From a virus (Duplodnaviria > Caudoviricetes): a stretch of DNA of 64,000 nt. Positions 36,308 to 44,057 of the stretch are shown here, one piece after another. The translations under genes and the position numbers were made by a program. The notes beneath the pieces were generated by a model that saw only the letters and a program-made list of their open reading frames with translations, ran no database searches and had not been told where the DNA came from. The DNA lies in the IMG/VR virus record IMGVR_UViG_3300017766_003652, positions 1 to 64,000 of that record, one strand, 5' to 3'. Position 1 is the stretch's first letter. The number at the start of each line of letters is the position of its first letter.

Positions 36308-36784
36308 ATGCCGCGCTTTATCCTTCTCCTCTGCCTCGCCTGCGTCCTCCCCTTAATGGGGCAATCGACCCAGGTCACCCCCTCTCAGCTCAAGGTCGGA
36401 ACCAACCTTGTGACCTCTGGTAACACGACCCTCCTCGGTTACGCCTTTGGTGGCTCGTTCCGGATCGTGAAACAGGGACCCGGTCTCAAGCTAACGCCGA
36501 ACTCGGACGGCACGCTCACCCTCAGCATCGACCTCAGCCAGCTCCGCCTAGTGATGGTCAACGAAACCCGCCCTCTGCTCCGGAACTCGACCGGGGCATA
36601 TGAGGGAGCGACCCCCTCCTGCGCAATCTTCCGCAACGGGCTGGCCCAGAATCCGGGCGTTGACTATACCTTCTCCGGCAACACGGTCGTGCCGAACTCT
36701 CAGTACCCCTGGTCTGCGGGTGATGCGGACAACCCGCCCGATACGGCCGTGGCGGTCTGCCCGGTCCTGGTGGCTGCCCCGTAA
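36308..36784 (+). CDS. secreted protein with phage structural-type NGxxQxPxxDYT module
   Basis: MPRFILLLCLACVLPLMG|QSTQV signal; FRNGLAQNPGVDYTFSGNT. Confidence 0.75.
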   Translation: MPRFILLLCLACVLPLMGQSTQVTPSQLKVGTNLVTSGNTTLLGYAFGGSFRIVKQGPGLKLTPNSDGTLTLSIDLSQLRLVMVNETRPLLRNSTGAYEGATPSCAIFRNGLAQNPGVDYTFSGNTVVPNSQYPWSAGDADNPPDTAVAVCPVLVAAP

Positions 36785-36813
36785 TATCAAGGAGCGGCGT
36801 TCCATTCCCTCAA

Positions 36814-36848
36814 GGGGGCCCGGTGGAAGCCGCGGCCCCCTCTTTTTA
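36814..36848 (+). terminator. intrinsic terminator
   Basis: GGGGGCC / GGCCCCC stem then TCTTTTTT. Confidence 0.65.
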
Positions 36849-37057
36849 TGAAACATACACATCAAAACAAAACAGATGGCACGCAGCTTCAGAGTTCCGA
36901 GTACTGGACTCAGTTCCTAACCGTAGCCAGGATGAACCGCTGGAACCATATCCGGTTCCGGGCCGGGGTCCATCAGGTCTCCCGGGAACAGGCGGTTGAC
37001 CTCATTATGCGGCTGCCCCTGGATCAGCGCGGGCATATCTGGGCCAACCTCCAGTAG
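36848..37057 (+). CDS. hypothetical protein
   Basis: ORF in the array; start uncertain. Confidence 0.5.
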   Translation: MKHTHQNKTDGTQLQSSEYWTQFLTVARMNRWNHIRFRAGVHQVSREQAVDLIMRLPLDQRGHIWANLQ

Positions 37058-37068
37058 AAAGGGAACCG

Positions 37069-37578
37069 ATGGTAGACTTTGCCTCCAAACTCCGCACCCA
37101 GCGCACGGTCTCCTTCAGCGGCAAGAGGATCTACCGCTACTGGCTACAGATCGTCTGGAATGAGGACAAGCCCTTCCTGCCCATCATTGGGCTAAACCCT
37201 TCGACCGCGGACGAGACCCAGGATGACCCCACGATAACCCGATGCCGCGGCTTCGCTCATCGGTTCGGGTGCGGTGGGCTCCTCATGCTCAATGTGTTTG
37301 CCTACCGATCAACGGACCCCGCGGGTCTCTGGAAGACTGATTCCCCGATAGGCCGGCGGAACGTACTGCCCAACCTCAAAGAATGGATTGCCGGGGCGGG
37401 GCACCCTCCTGTAGCCGCATGGGGAGTCAACGCCCATAAGCGGGACCCGCTCTGGGTCGATATCCTGACCCGCAACCTGGACCTCTACTGCCTCCGGCAT
37501 ACCAAGTCCGGGCACCCGGAGCATCCCCTCTACCTGCCCGCGGACCTGGACCTGAAACCCTGGAAAGGAACTCGATGA
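37069..37578 (+). CDS. DUF1643 family protein
   Basis: YRYWL, IGLNPSTADETQDDPTI.RC, LNVFAYRST, AAWG, TKSG.P.HPLY. Confidence 0.88.
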   Translation: MVDFASKLRTQRTVSFSGKRIYRYWLQIVWNEDKPFLPIIGLNPSTADETQDDPTITRCRGFAHRFGCGGLLMLNVFAYRSTDPAGLWKTDSPIGRRNVLPNLKEWIAGAGHPPVAAWGVNAHKRDPLWVDILTRNLDLYCLRHTKSGHPEHPLYLPADLDLKPWKGTR

Positions 37579-38126
37579 AACTTCTACTCCTCCTACTTCT
37601 TTTGCCTGTTTATGGGCAGACCCGGATATCACTGGAGCAACTCCAGGGAAACGGCACCAGCCCCAAGGCTGTATGGAACAGCCGTGGGATGAGGGGGCAA
37701 CATGTCCACCCGAGCCAGGTGCGGGCAGTCCGCCCCAGTATCTCCGTCTCTGGGGCAAGGACCCTGGCGATCTCCACCCCGACCATCTCCTGCGAGGTAA
37801 CCCTGAAGCCCTCTTTCGGAGGGATCGTCCAGGTTGTTTACTATCGCGGCAGGTTGGCCCTGCTCTCCGGCTACTTTGATTCGGTTGGCTACAACAGAAC
37901 GCGGGATCTCCTCAGCATAACGGGGCCCTGCCTCCCTATCGATACCGTTGCCGGAACCTATCCTGCCGGCATCAATGGCTTTCTGTGGTTCTCGACGATC
38001 GGGATGCCCCAGTCTACCGCCCCATTCCGAGGGGTCTATCATGAGGTGGTTCCCTACTCCTACGCCATGGACCAGTCAGGGTTCACCTCAGTGACTGGAC
38101 CTAGCGGGAAGGCCTCCACTCCTTGA
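37575..38126 (+). CDS. secreted protein (Sec signal peptide)
   Basis: MKLLLLLLLLPVYG|QTRISLEQL. Confidence 0.75.
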   Translation: MKLLLLLLLLPVYGQTRISLEQLQGNGTSPKAVWNSRGMRGQHVHPSQVRAVRPSISVSGARTLAISTPTISCEVTLKPSFGGIVQVVYYRGRLALLSGYFDSVGYNRTRDLLSITGPCLPIDTVAGTYPAGINGFLWFSTIGMPQSTAPFRGVYHEVVPYSYAMDQSGFTSVTGPSGKASTP

Positions 38127-38165
38127 TCCTCCCTCTGTCGTACCATCAGGCTAGGAGACGTTTTC

Positions 38166-38435
38166 ATGAATCAACCACCCACTGATGACCCCCTCGCCCC
38201 TGGCACCTCCCTGGAGCGAGCCCAAGCCGAAGAAATCGCAGCTCTACGAGCCCGGAGGGATGGGCTCCTGGCGGGAGCCGCTACCTCGGCCGATGAGCGC
38301 CGGGCTCTGCAGAAGAGAATCACAGAGCTCGACGCCGCACGCCTTGGGGCCTCTGCCACCATCGAGGTGCTCGGCAAGTACATCCTGAAATGCAAAGCCA
38401 AGTTTGCCGCCATGGGGCAAGAGGCCCCGGAGTAA
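38166..38435 (+). CDS. coiled-coil hypothetical protein
   Basis: AGGAG RBS. Confidence 0.65.
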   Translation: MNQPPTDDPLAPGTSLERAQAEEIAALRARRDGLLAGAATSADERRALQKRITELDAARLGASATIEVLGKYILKCKAKFAAMGQEAPE

Positions 38436-38438
38436 CCC

Positions 38439-38990
38439 ATGAATCTCAATCGCCGCGGTTTCATCTCCTCCATCATGTCGGGCCTCTCAGCCATGGGACT
38501 CCTGACGGCCGCTACCCCCTCGGTGGAATCCATGCTCAAGCGCCCGGAGCTGACCCCGCCGCCGGCTCCACCGCAGGATCAGCTCAAGTTCTGGAAGTTC
38601 CTGGTGGAGCGGTACCGGAAAGGGGACGAGTTCTACCTGCATGGGGACATCTCCGGGTTCCTCAAGGAATGGCGCCTTGAGACCAAAAGGGAATACATGG
38701 ACATCACCAGCCTCACTGATATCCACCACCAGTACGCCCCCTGCTACCAAGGGATTGATATGCGCATGGAACTCCAGCTCCAGGATGCCCCGCCGACCAC
38801 GTTCCATATCCAGCGGCTGGACTCCGGCAAGGTCCATCTGCTTGATAAGCCGATTCTCACAAAGGATCTCCCACCGCGGACCTCCCTGATTCTCCTGCCT
38901 CCCATGTGGCAGTCTGATGAGCAGACCGCCCTTTACCTACCGGACGCCCGGTACATTATCACAAGGGCGGACCATGGCCTGGAGATCTGA
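38439..38990 (+). CDS. protein with twin-arginine-like N-terminus
   Basis: MNLNRRGFISSIMSGLSAMGLL. Confidence 0.65.
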   Translation: MNLNRRGFISSIMSGLSAMGLLTAATPSVESMLKRPELTPPPAPPQDQLKFWKFLVERYRKGDEFYLHGDISGFLKEWRLETKREYMDITSLTDIHHQYAPCYQGIDMRMELQLQDAPPTTFHIQRLDSGKVHLLDKPILTKDLPPRTSLILLPPMWQSDEQTALYLPDARYIITRADHGLEI

Positions 38991-39006
38991 TTCCCCGGTT
39001 AGCGAG

Positions 39007-39035
39007 AGGGGCCCCGGTCGGGGCCCTTTTCTTTT
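39007..39035 (+). terminator. intrinsic terminator
   Basis: GGGCCCC-GGTC-GGGGCCC then TTTTCTTTT. Confidence 0.7.
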
Positions 39036-39050
39036 GTCTGGAGATCGGTC

Positions 39051-39089
39051 TTGCCAGGGTCGGCAAAATGGGCGTACTCTGATGGCATG
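39051..39089 (+). promoter_or_regulatory. promoter module copy G (core only, no upstream repeats)
   Basis: TTGCCA 39051, GGCAAAATGGGCG, TACTCT 39075, ATG 39087. Confidence 0.75.
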
Positions 39090-39425
39090 AGTTCCAAACT
39101 ACCTACCGTTCAACCGACCCTGCAATCGCCGGACCTCCTGGTCCAGCATGGCACCTACCACCTCCACCATCTCCTGTTCCCCTTCCTCGGATTCGACCGG
39201 GAACTGACCCGCGTCCTGGAGGGAGAGGGGCCGAACTATATCGCCTCCTACACCCCCTGTGGCAAGGATATCAACGCCCTGTTTGAATCCTTCAACACCC
39301 TGGCAACTCGCCTCCTCAAGGAGAAGGAACGGGACTCCAAGGCGGAGCGGTTCAAGGTTATCCGCCGCCTCCAGGGGCTCGCAGTGGATGTGATTGAGAC
39401 CGCCAGCGTTTACGCCTTCGGTTGA
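39087..39425 (+). CDS. hypothetical protein
   Basis: leaderless start. Confidence 0.7.
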   Translation: MSSKLPTVQPTLQSPDLLVQHGTYHLHHLLFPFLGFDRELTRVLEGEGPNYIASYTPCGKDINALFESFNTLATRLLKEKERDSKAERFKVIRRLQGLAVDVIETASVYAFG

Positions 39426-39441
39426 TCCGGTTCCAACCTCG

Positions 39442-39524
39442 TCTAAGGTAGTCGCCCTAGTTTGCCGCTAGGGCGACTTTTCGGGTTGCCTTGATCGGCA
39501 AAACCGGCGTAATATCATCTCATG
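39442..39524 (+). promoter_or_regulatory. promoter module copy F with inverted operator half-sites
   Basis: GTCGCCCTAG-N7-CTAGGGCGAC, TTGCCT 39486, GGCAAAACCGGCG, TAATAT 39510, ATG 39522. Confidence 0.8.
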
Positions 39525-39902
39525 GTTAAACATACTTACAACGTAACGACGCCGAACGGCACCTTTGCCCGCACGACCGCCCACACCTATGGGTTCCTGG
39601 TCTGCAGCCTCGGGGAAGATGAAGCGGTTATCGCCGACCGGCACGCCCTCCACACCAAGTGGTCCCTCAAGCCGGGGCAGAACTGGCTCACCCCGAAACC
39701 CCTGGATGTCCTACTGGCCGCAAACGCCGCCACGATCGCCTCCGGTCAGGGTATGTGCCACGGTTGGTCCGGTACCAAGGAAAACGCCATCCGCCTCCTC
39801 AATAGCCTCAAGGCGGAACGGGTATCCCGGAGACACCGCGGGGGTGGGATGAGCACCCCGGTCGGTTACCGCAACCTGATGGTCGTCGAGGTTCCCCAGT
39901 AA
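39522..39902 (+). CDS. hypothetical protein
   Basis: leaderless start. Confidence 0.7.
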   Translation: MVKHTYNVTTPNGTFARTTAHTYGFLVCSLGEDEAVIADRHALHTKWSLKPGQNWLTPKPLDVLLAANAATIASGQGMCHGWSGTKENAIRLLNSLKAERVSRRHRGGGMSTPVGYRNLMVVEVPQ

Positions 39903-39976
39903 GGGGAACCCGCCTGCGGCGTAAGGCAACATACCTATTGAGCCCGGGTCAGACCCGGGCGTACCATCAAACCAAG

Positions 39977-40066
39977 ATGAACGACTACTATCAGTACCTT
40001 CCCTACGTTATCGGCGCCCTCCTGTTCTGGGGGATCTACCGTCAGATAACCGCACGGCACAAGTAA
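39977..40066 (+). CDS. 29 aa single-TM peptide
   Basis: TACCAT upstream; YLPYVIGALLFWGIY. Confidence 0.45.
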   Translation: MNDYYQYLPYVIGALLFWGIYRQITARHK

Positions 40067-40077
40067 AGGAGCCCCCT

Positions 40078-40248
40078 ATGACACTCGAAGAGTGTAAAGC
40101 CCTGTTCCTCCAGGACCACGGCTACGAAGCCTCCCTTTCCGCATCCCCGGTACTCCATGCCTACCGGAAAGGGCTTATCAATCAGACCCAGGCGGTCACC
40201 CTCATGACTGAGGCCCGCAACCTCCGGGAGGGGACCCCATGCACCTAG
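40078..40248 (+). CDS. 56 aa hypothetical protein
   Basis: AAAGGAG RBS. Confidence 0.6.
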   Translation: MTLEECKALFLQDHGYEASLSASPVLHAYRKGLINQTQAVTLMTEARNLREGTPCT

Positions 40249-40403
40249 ACCCCACTCCCACTCTCGTTAACGGCATCGCCACCCTGTTCCTCCTCCTGGC
40301 TGGGGCCTGGCTCCTGTTCGACGATCTGATGTCCAGGGCTCACTACAAGCGGCTCCTGCGGCAACGCCTGGACGAGATCCATGCGAGGCGGTATGGACGG
40401 TAA
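40239..40403 (+). CDS. 54 aa single-TM protein
   Basis: GGAGG RBS; GIATLFLLLAGAWLLF. Confidence 0.55.
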   Translation: MHLDPTPTLVNGIATLFLLLAGAWLLFDDLMSRAHYKRLLRQRLDEIHARRYGR

Positions 40404-40626
40404 CTCCCAGTTCCTTGGGGTCCTCCGGGCGGTACGGACCAGCCTGGGTCCAGAAGGTGCCGGACCGGAGGGGTTTGCGCGGGCAATCTCGGTTACCTGC
40501 AAGACCCTGGACCTCTGCCCCCATTGTTTGGCCGGCAAAGGTACCGTACTGAATACAAGATCCGGCAGACTGGAGACCTGCCCCTCCTGCCGCGGGGTCG
40601 GAGCGTACCATCAAAACGAGCCATGA
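40393..40626 (+). CDS. DnaJ-type Zn-finger small protein
   Basis: CPHCLAGKG...CPSCRGVG. Confidence 0.65.
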   Translation: MDGNSQFLGVLRAVRTSLGPEGAGPEGFARAISVTCKTLDLCPHCLAGKGTVLNTRSGRLETCPSCRGVGAYHQNEP

Positions 40627-40931
40627 AATACATCACCATTGAAGTAGACCACGAGCATCTCCCTATCCGGTACGGGTTTGTGTTCCCGGAGGAGATGATT
40701 CACGCCGAGATGGCAAAGTATATGTGCCATGCACTGTACCGCCAGTTTCCGAGGACTACCGTCAAGGTTATCGGAGCCGGTTTCATCTCTAATACCTGGC
40801 AGGTGTACGGCGAGTCCGAGAGCCTCAAACTCAAGGTGGCCCCTGGCGATCAGGAGGTCTTCACCTATGGACCCCGTAACGCGGCCCAGTTGAAACAGCT
40901 AGCCGAGATGGGAGCGCAAATCAAACTATGA
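40623..40931 (+). CDS. phage hypothetical protein
   Basis: MKYI...FPEEMIH...GAGFI...YGESESL pattern; ATGA coupling. Confidence 0.7.
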   Translation: MKYITIEVDHEHLPIRYGFVFPEEMIHAEMAKYMCHALYRQFPRTTVKVIGAGFISNTWQVYGESESLKLKVAPGDQEVFTYGPRNAAQLKQLAEMGAQIKL

Positions 40932-41419
40932 GCCGCATCTTCTCCTCCTCAGCCAGTGCCGAGAAAGCCGGGCTGGCTACCTTCGATACCCTGGAGGGTT
41001 CCCACCGTTGGGAACTGGAGATCAGGGAGCACGGACCGGCAGAGTACTGCTACCACCTAACTCTGTTCCACGAAGAGGGCCCGTTCCTCGATGTCTGGGA
41101 GACCGATGTGGGGGAGTTTGTTGCCAAGGCTCGCCACCCTACCCTCCGCAAGGCCGTCCTCTTCATCTCGGCCAAGACCGCACCCAAGGCTGTCGATGCC
41201 CTCCTAAACGCAGCGCAAGAGTACATCCATGCCCTACGCAATGAGTTGAGTGCCACCGCCCTGATGATGAAGGCGGATGCTCAGGTCTACCGGCAATGCA
41301 AACGGGCACGCAAGGAAGTACTGCCCCGCATAACCCATCAGGAGTCACCCAATGGACAACGGCAGCGACCTTCTAATCTCCGCGGAACTCGAACGGTACA
41401 AGCGGGAGAACCGGGATAA
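40928..41419 (+). CDS. hypothetical protein
   Basis: ATGA coupling. Confidence 0.65.
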   Translation: MSRIFSSSASAEKAGLATFDTLEGSHRWELEIREHGPAEYCYHLTLFHEEGPFLDVWETDVGEFVAKARHPTLRKAVLFISAKTAPKAVDALLNAAQEYIHALRNELSATALMMKADAQVYRQCKRARKEVLPRITHQESPNGQRQRPSNLRGTRTVQAGEPG

Positions 41420-41612
41420 CCGGGCCCTAGTAGCCAGGCTTCGAGAGGAGATCGGGCTTCTCCGGGATCGGGAGGAGCGCCTCCAGGCTCAAGCCATCCG
41501 ACAGTCCCGGCAACTCCGGGCGGGGATGCTTCTGGAGGAGAGATTCCCTCAGCTCAAGACGGGACCCATCGAGCCCGTTATCAACTCCCTGTATATCCGA
41601 GATGTATCATAG
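41352..41612 (+). CDS. coiled-coil hypothetical protein
   Basis: AGGAG RBS. Confidence 0.6.
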   Translation: MDNGSDLLISAELERYKRENRDNRALVARLREEIGLLRDREERLQAQAIRQSRQLRAGMLLEERFPQLKTGPIEPVINSLYIRDVS

Positions 41613-41615
41613 AGT

Positions 41616-41867
41616 ATGCCTCAGCAACTCAAGATAACCGCGGTCGCGCAACCTGTACCCCAGACCCTCCTGCCGTACTCGGCGATTCTCTCCGCTTTTG
41701 GATTTCAGGCAGTCCTGCTCCTGACGTTTGGGTTGCTGGTCTGCCGGTATCATAAGCACAAACTCATCCACCTCTGTCAAAAGGACCCCAATGAAAAAGC
41801 CCACAAAGAAACCCACTCGCAGCCGGCTAATCGAGGCCGACGCTCTGGCAACCCCTCTCGTCAATAG
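41616..41867 (+). CDS. possible single-TM protein
   Basis: hydrophobic AILSAFGFQAVLLLTFGLLV. Confidence 0.45.
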   Translation: MPQQLKITAVAQPVPQTLLPYSAILSAFGFQAVLLLTFGLLVCRYHKHKLIHLCQKDPNEKAHKETHSQPANRGRRSGNPSRQ

Positions 41868-42153
41868 AGGGGCCGGTCAGGGTAAACCCTCACCCTCCTC
41901 CTCAAAGAAGCCTGTAGCGGCTCCTACACCGGCTTATACCCCCAATAACGGGCGGGAGACTGAGCAACTCCTCCGGGTCATCCTGGATCAGTACCGGGAC
42001 AAGACCCGGGAGCTGCTCTCCCGGAGTTTCCCCGGCTCGCTCCCTCCCGCCGCGGACGACTCGGTCCTGCTCTCTGGGCTCGAGTCAATCATCCGCTCCT
42101 TTGGCCCCCAGAAACCGGCGATGCCTGGACCGTCCAAGGTAAAGCGCCGATAA
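41791..42153 (+). CDS. basic Pro-rich hypothetical protein
   Basis: AAAGGA RBS. Confidence 0.65.
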   Translation: MKKPTKKPTRSRLIEADALATPLVNRGAGQGKPSPSSSKKPVAAPTPAYTPNNGRETEQLLRVILDQYRDKTRELLSRSFPGSLPPAADDSVLLSGLESIIRSFGPQKPAMPGPSKVKRR

Positions 42154-42189
42154 CTAAAGCGAATCCTCCGTTCTGTAGCACAAACTCAT

Positions 42190-42224
42190 GGCGCCAGGGG
42201 TCCTCACTCTGGCGCCTCTTTTTA
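42190..42224 (+). terminator. intrinsic terminator
   Basis: GGCGCCAG / CTGGCGCC then TCTTTTT. Confidence 0.65.
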
Positions 42225-42269
42225 TGGGGAGTTGCCCGGAGGCTTGGAACCGGGGTATAGATTAAGGGC

Positions 42270-43019
42270 ATGGCCAAACCGAAGCCGATTAACACGAAGT
42301 CCCGCCGCCAAAGTAGCGCCAGGGCTCCGGGACCCAGGGTGTCAGCCACCCGTAATATGAAGGGGAAACCTCCCTCGGCCAAGCGCAAACCTCCTAAGCC
42401 TGGAGCCGCCAACCTGATGACCGCGGAAGCCCTCATCTCCTCCCAGCTAAAGGGCGTAGACGAGTTCGCATCCTTGGTTCAACCCTACTTCCTCAAGATC
42501 AGCGATGTGGTCCGAGGGGTAACCCTCCCCATGCAACCGAGTGACGACATCATCCGGGCTATCGGGCACTTGGTCCGGCTAGGCAACTTCCCGGAGGTGG
42601 CGGCTCGGGCCTTGGGAGTACGCACCCATCTGTTCCGGGAGTGGGTAGCCTTGGGACTCAAGGACCCCCACAGCTCCTACGGTCGGCTCGTTGCAGCGAT
42701 TGATATCGCCGATGCGCAGGACGAGATCTCCGATGTCCAGCTCATCACCATCGGCGTTAAGCACTGGAGCGCGCTCGCCTGGAAACGTGAGCGCAAAACG
42801 GCACGGCGCTGGAAACCCAAGTTCGAGCACACGATCATTGGAACAGATGACTATGGTGGCGGAGGTACTCCAAAGTATGAGCACGTGCCGGATGCCAACA
42901 CCGCCGAGTCAATCCTTCAAACTTTACAAGACCTGGGAGTACTACACAATGTCATGCCATTACCCACCAAGGACTCAGAAGCCCCTGTGGCTGAGGATGA
43001 AGATGAGGGTGCCGGCTAG
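42270..43019 (+). CDS. probable terminase small subunit (HTH)
   Basis: LGNFPEVAARALGVRTHLFREW HTH and WSALAWKRERK...RW motif typical of TerS-like proteins. Confidence 0.6.
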   Translation: MAKPKPINTKSRRQSSARAPGPRVSATRNMKGKPPSAKRKPPKPGAANLMTAEALISSQLKGVDEFASLVQPYFLKISDVVRGVTLPMQPSDDIIRAIGHLVRLGNFPEVAARALGVRTHLFREWVALGLKDPHSSYGRLVAAIDIADAQDEISDVQLITIGVKHWSALAWKRERKTARRWKPKFEHTIIGTDDYGGGGTPKYEHVPDANTAESILQTLQDLGVLHNVMPLPTKDSEAPVAEDEDEGAG

Positions 43020-43317
43020 CGAGAAGCGTTCTCTCCGGGCCAGTACCCCTGACCGATTCCTGATGGTCTCTATACACCATCTGAAAGCCGAGGGGGTCAA
43101 TGATCGGTTTGTCCTCTTTGCTTGGGAGTACAGCCAGGAGGAGCAGGAAGCCTTGCCGGTTACTCCAGTTCTACGCCGTAGGGAACTGGAGTCCGCCCGT
43201 AAGTTTTGCCGGGATCAGGGCTTGATCCCGTTGCCAACCTCGGAGAAGGACCCGTTGAACACTCTGGAGTACTGGGTCCAGGCGGACGCCCGCAGTATCA
43301 TCGAATCATGGACATAG
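43003..43317 (+). CDS. hypothetical protein
   Basis: coupled ORF; start 42997 or 43003. Confidence 0.55.
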   Translation: MRVPASEKRSLRASTPDRFLMVSIHHLKAEGVNDRFVLFAWEYSQEEQEALPVTPVLRRRELESARKFCRDQGLIPLPTSEKDPLNTLEYWVQADARSIIESWT

Positions 43318-43721
43318 ACCGTTTATTCGTGACTCCCCACTTTTGCCCAGACCTCCGGGCAAACCTCACCAAGGCTATAACCGCAGTTGAGGGGGCTTCC
43401 TCTGTGAGGTTCCCTCCCCTCCTCGCCTTCACAATGGAGGTGCCCAAGAATCTGGGGGACCACCTCCGGGATCAGTACACCGCCGCGGCAAAAGCCCAAG
43501 GTCTCCCGCACTGCATCATGGTATCGAAGTTCACCTTCCCTTTCTATAATCCGGGGAAAGCCTACGTTGCCTTGCTTTACCCTATGGACCCATCGGCGTT
43601 CCTGGTACTGACCCAGTCTCAGGGTGGAGATGGGGAGGAGATCCTTCTGGCCCTGCACCGTAACTGGGCAAGGTTGTATCAATCCCCTTTGCTGAGCCTG
43701 CTGGGCTCTGAGGAAAACTGA
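43308..43721 (+). CDS. hypothetical protein
   Basis: coupled ORF. Confidence 0.6.
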   Translation: MDIDRLFVTPHFCPDLRANLTKAITAVEGASSVRFPPLLAFTMEVPKNLGDHLRDQYTAAAKAQGLPHCIMVSKFTFPFYNPGKAYVALLYPMDPSAFLVLTQSQGGDGEEILLALHRNWARLYQSPLLSLLGSEEN

Positions 43722-43722
43722 C

Positions 43723-44037
43723 ATGCTCCCTTACCGCAACTATGACCGCCGGCTCCAACCGTCCCACCACGGTCTCATCCTGACTGACTGGTTCGATAAG
43801 TCCTGCCAGGCATTGACCGCTGACCGTGCCCTGGTCCAGCTCGTATTCAACACCCTGGTGGCCTGGAAGCAAAAGGGCTTCCAGTACATTGGGGAGCCCT
43901 TGGATGGCTCGGAGGTGGTACACCCTACCTCTCGCCGTCCTACAAACTGCCGAGTGGTCGCCGCGATAGAATCCAAAGCCGCGGCTGACCATCTCCTCGA
44001 CCGGTTGAAATCCGGTTGGCGTACTATCAACACATAA
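43723..44037 (+). CDS. hypothetical protein
   Basis: GAGGA RBS. Confidence 0.6.
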   Translation: MLPYRNYDRRLQPSHHGLILTDWFDKSCQALTADRALVQLVFNTLVAWKQKGFQYIGEPLDGSEVVHPTSRRPTNCRVVAAIESKAAADHLLDRLKSGWRTINT

Positions 44038-44057
44038 CCGTTCTCGAAAGGACAACC

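Noticed and set aside
9004-39524. Integron attC/attI interpretation of the repeated module
   Set aside because: No GTTRRRY/RYYYAAC core pairs, no long imperfect palindrome and no integrase; the geometry fits a sigma70 promoter.
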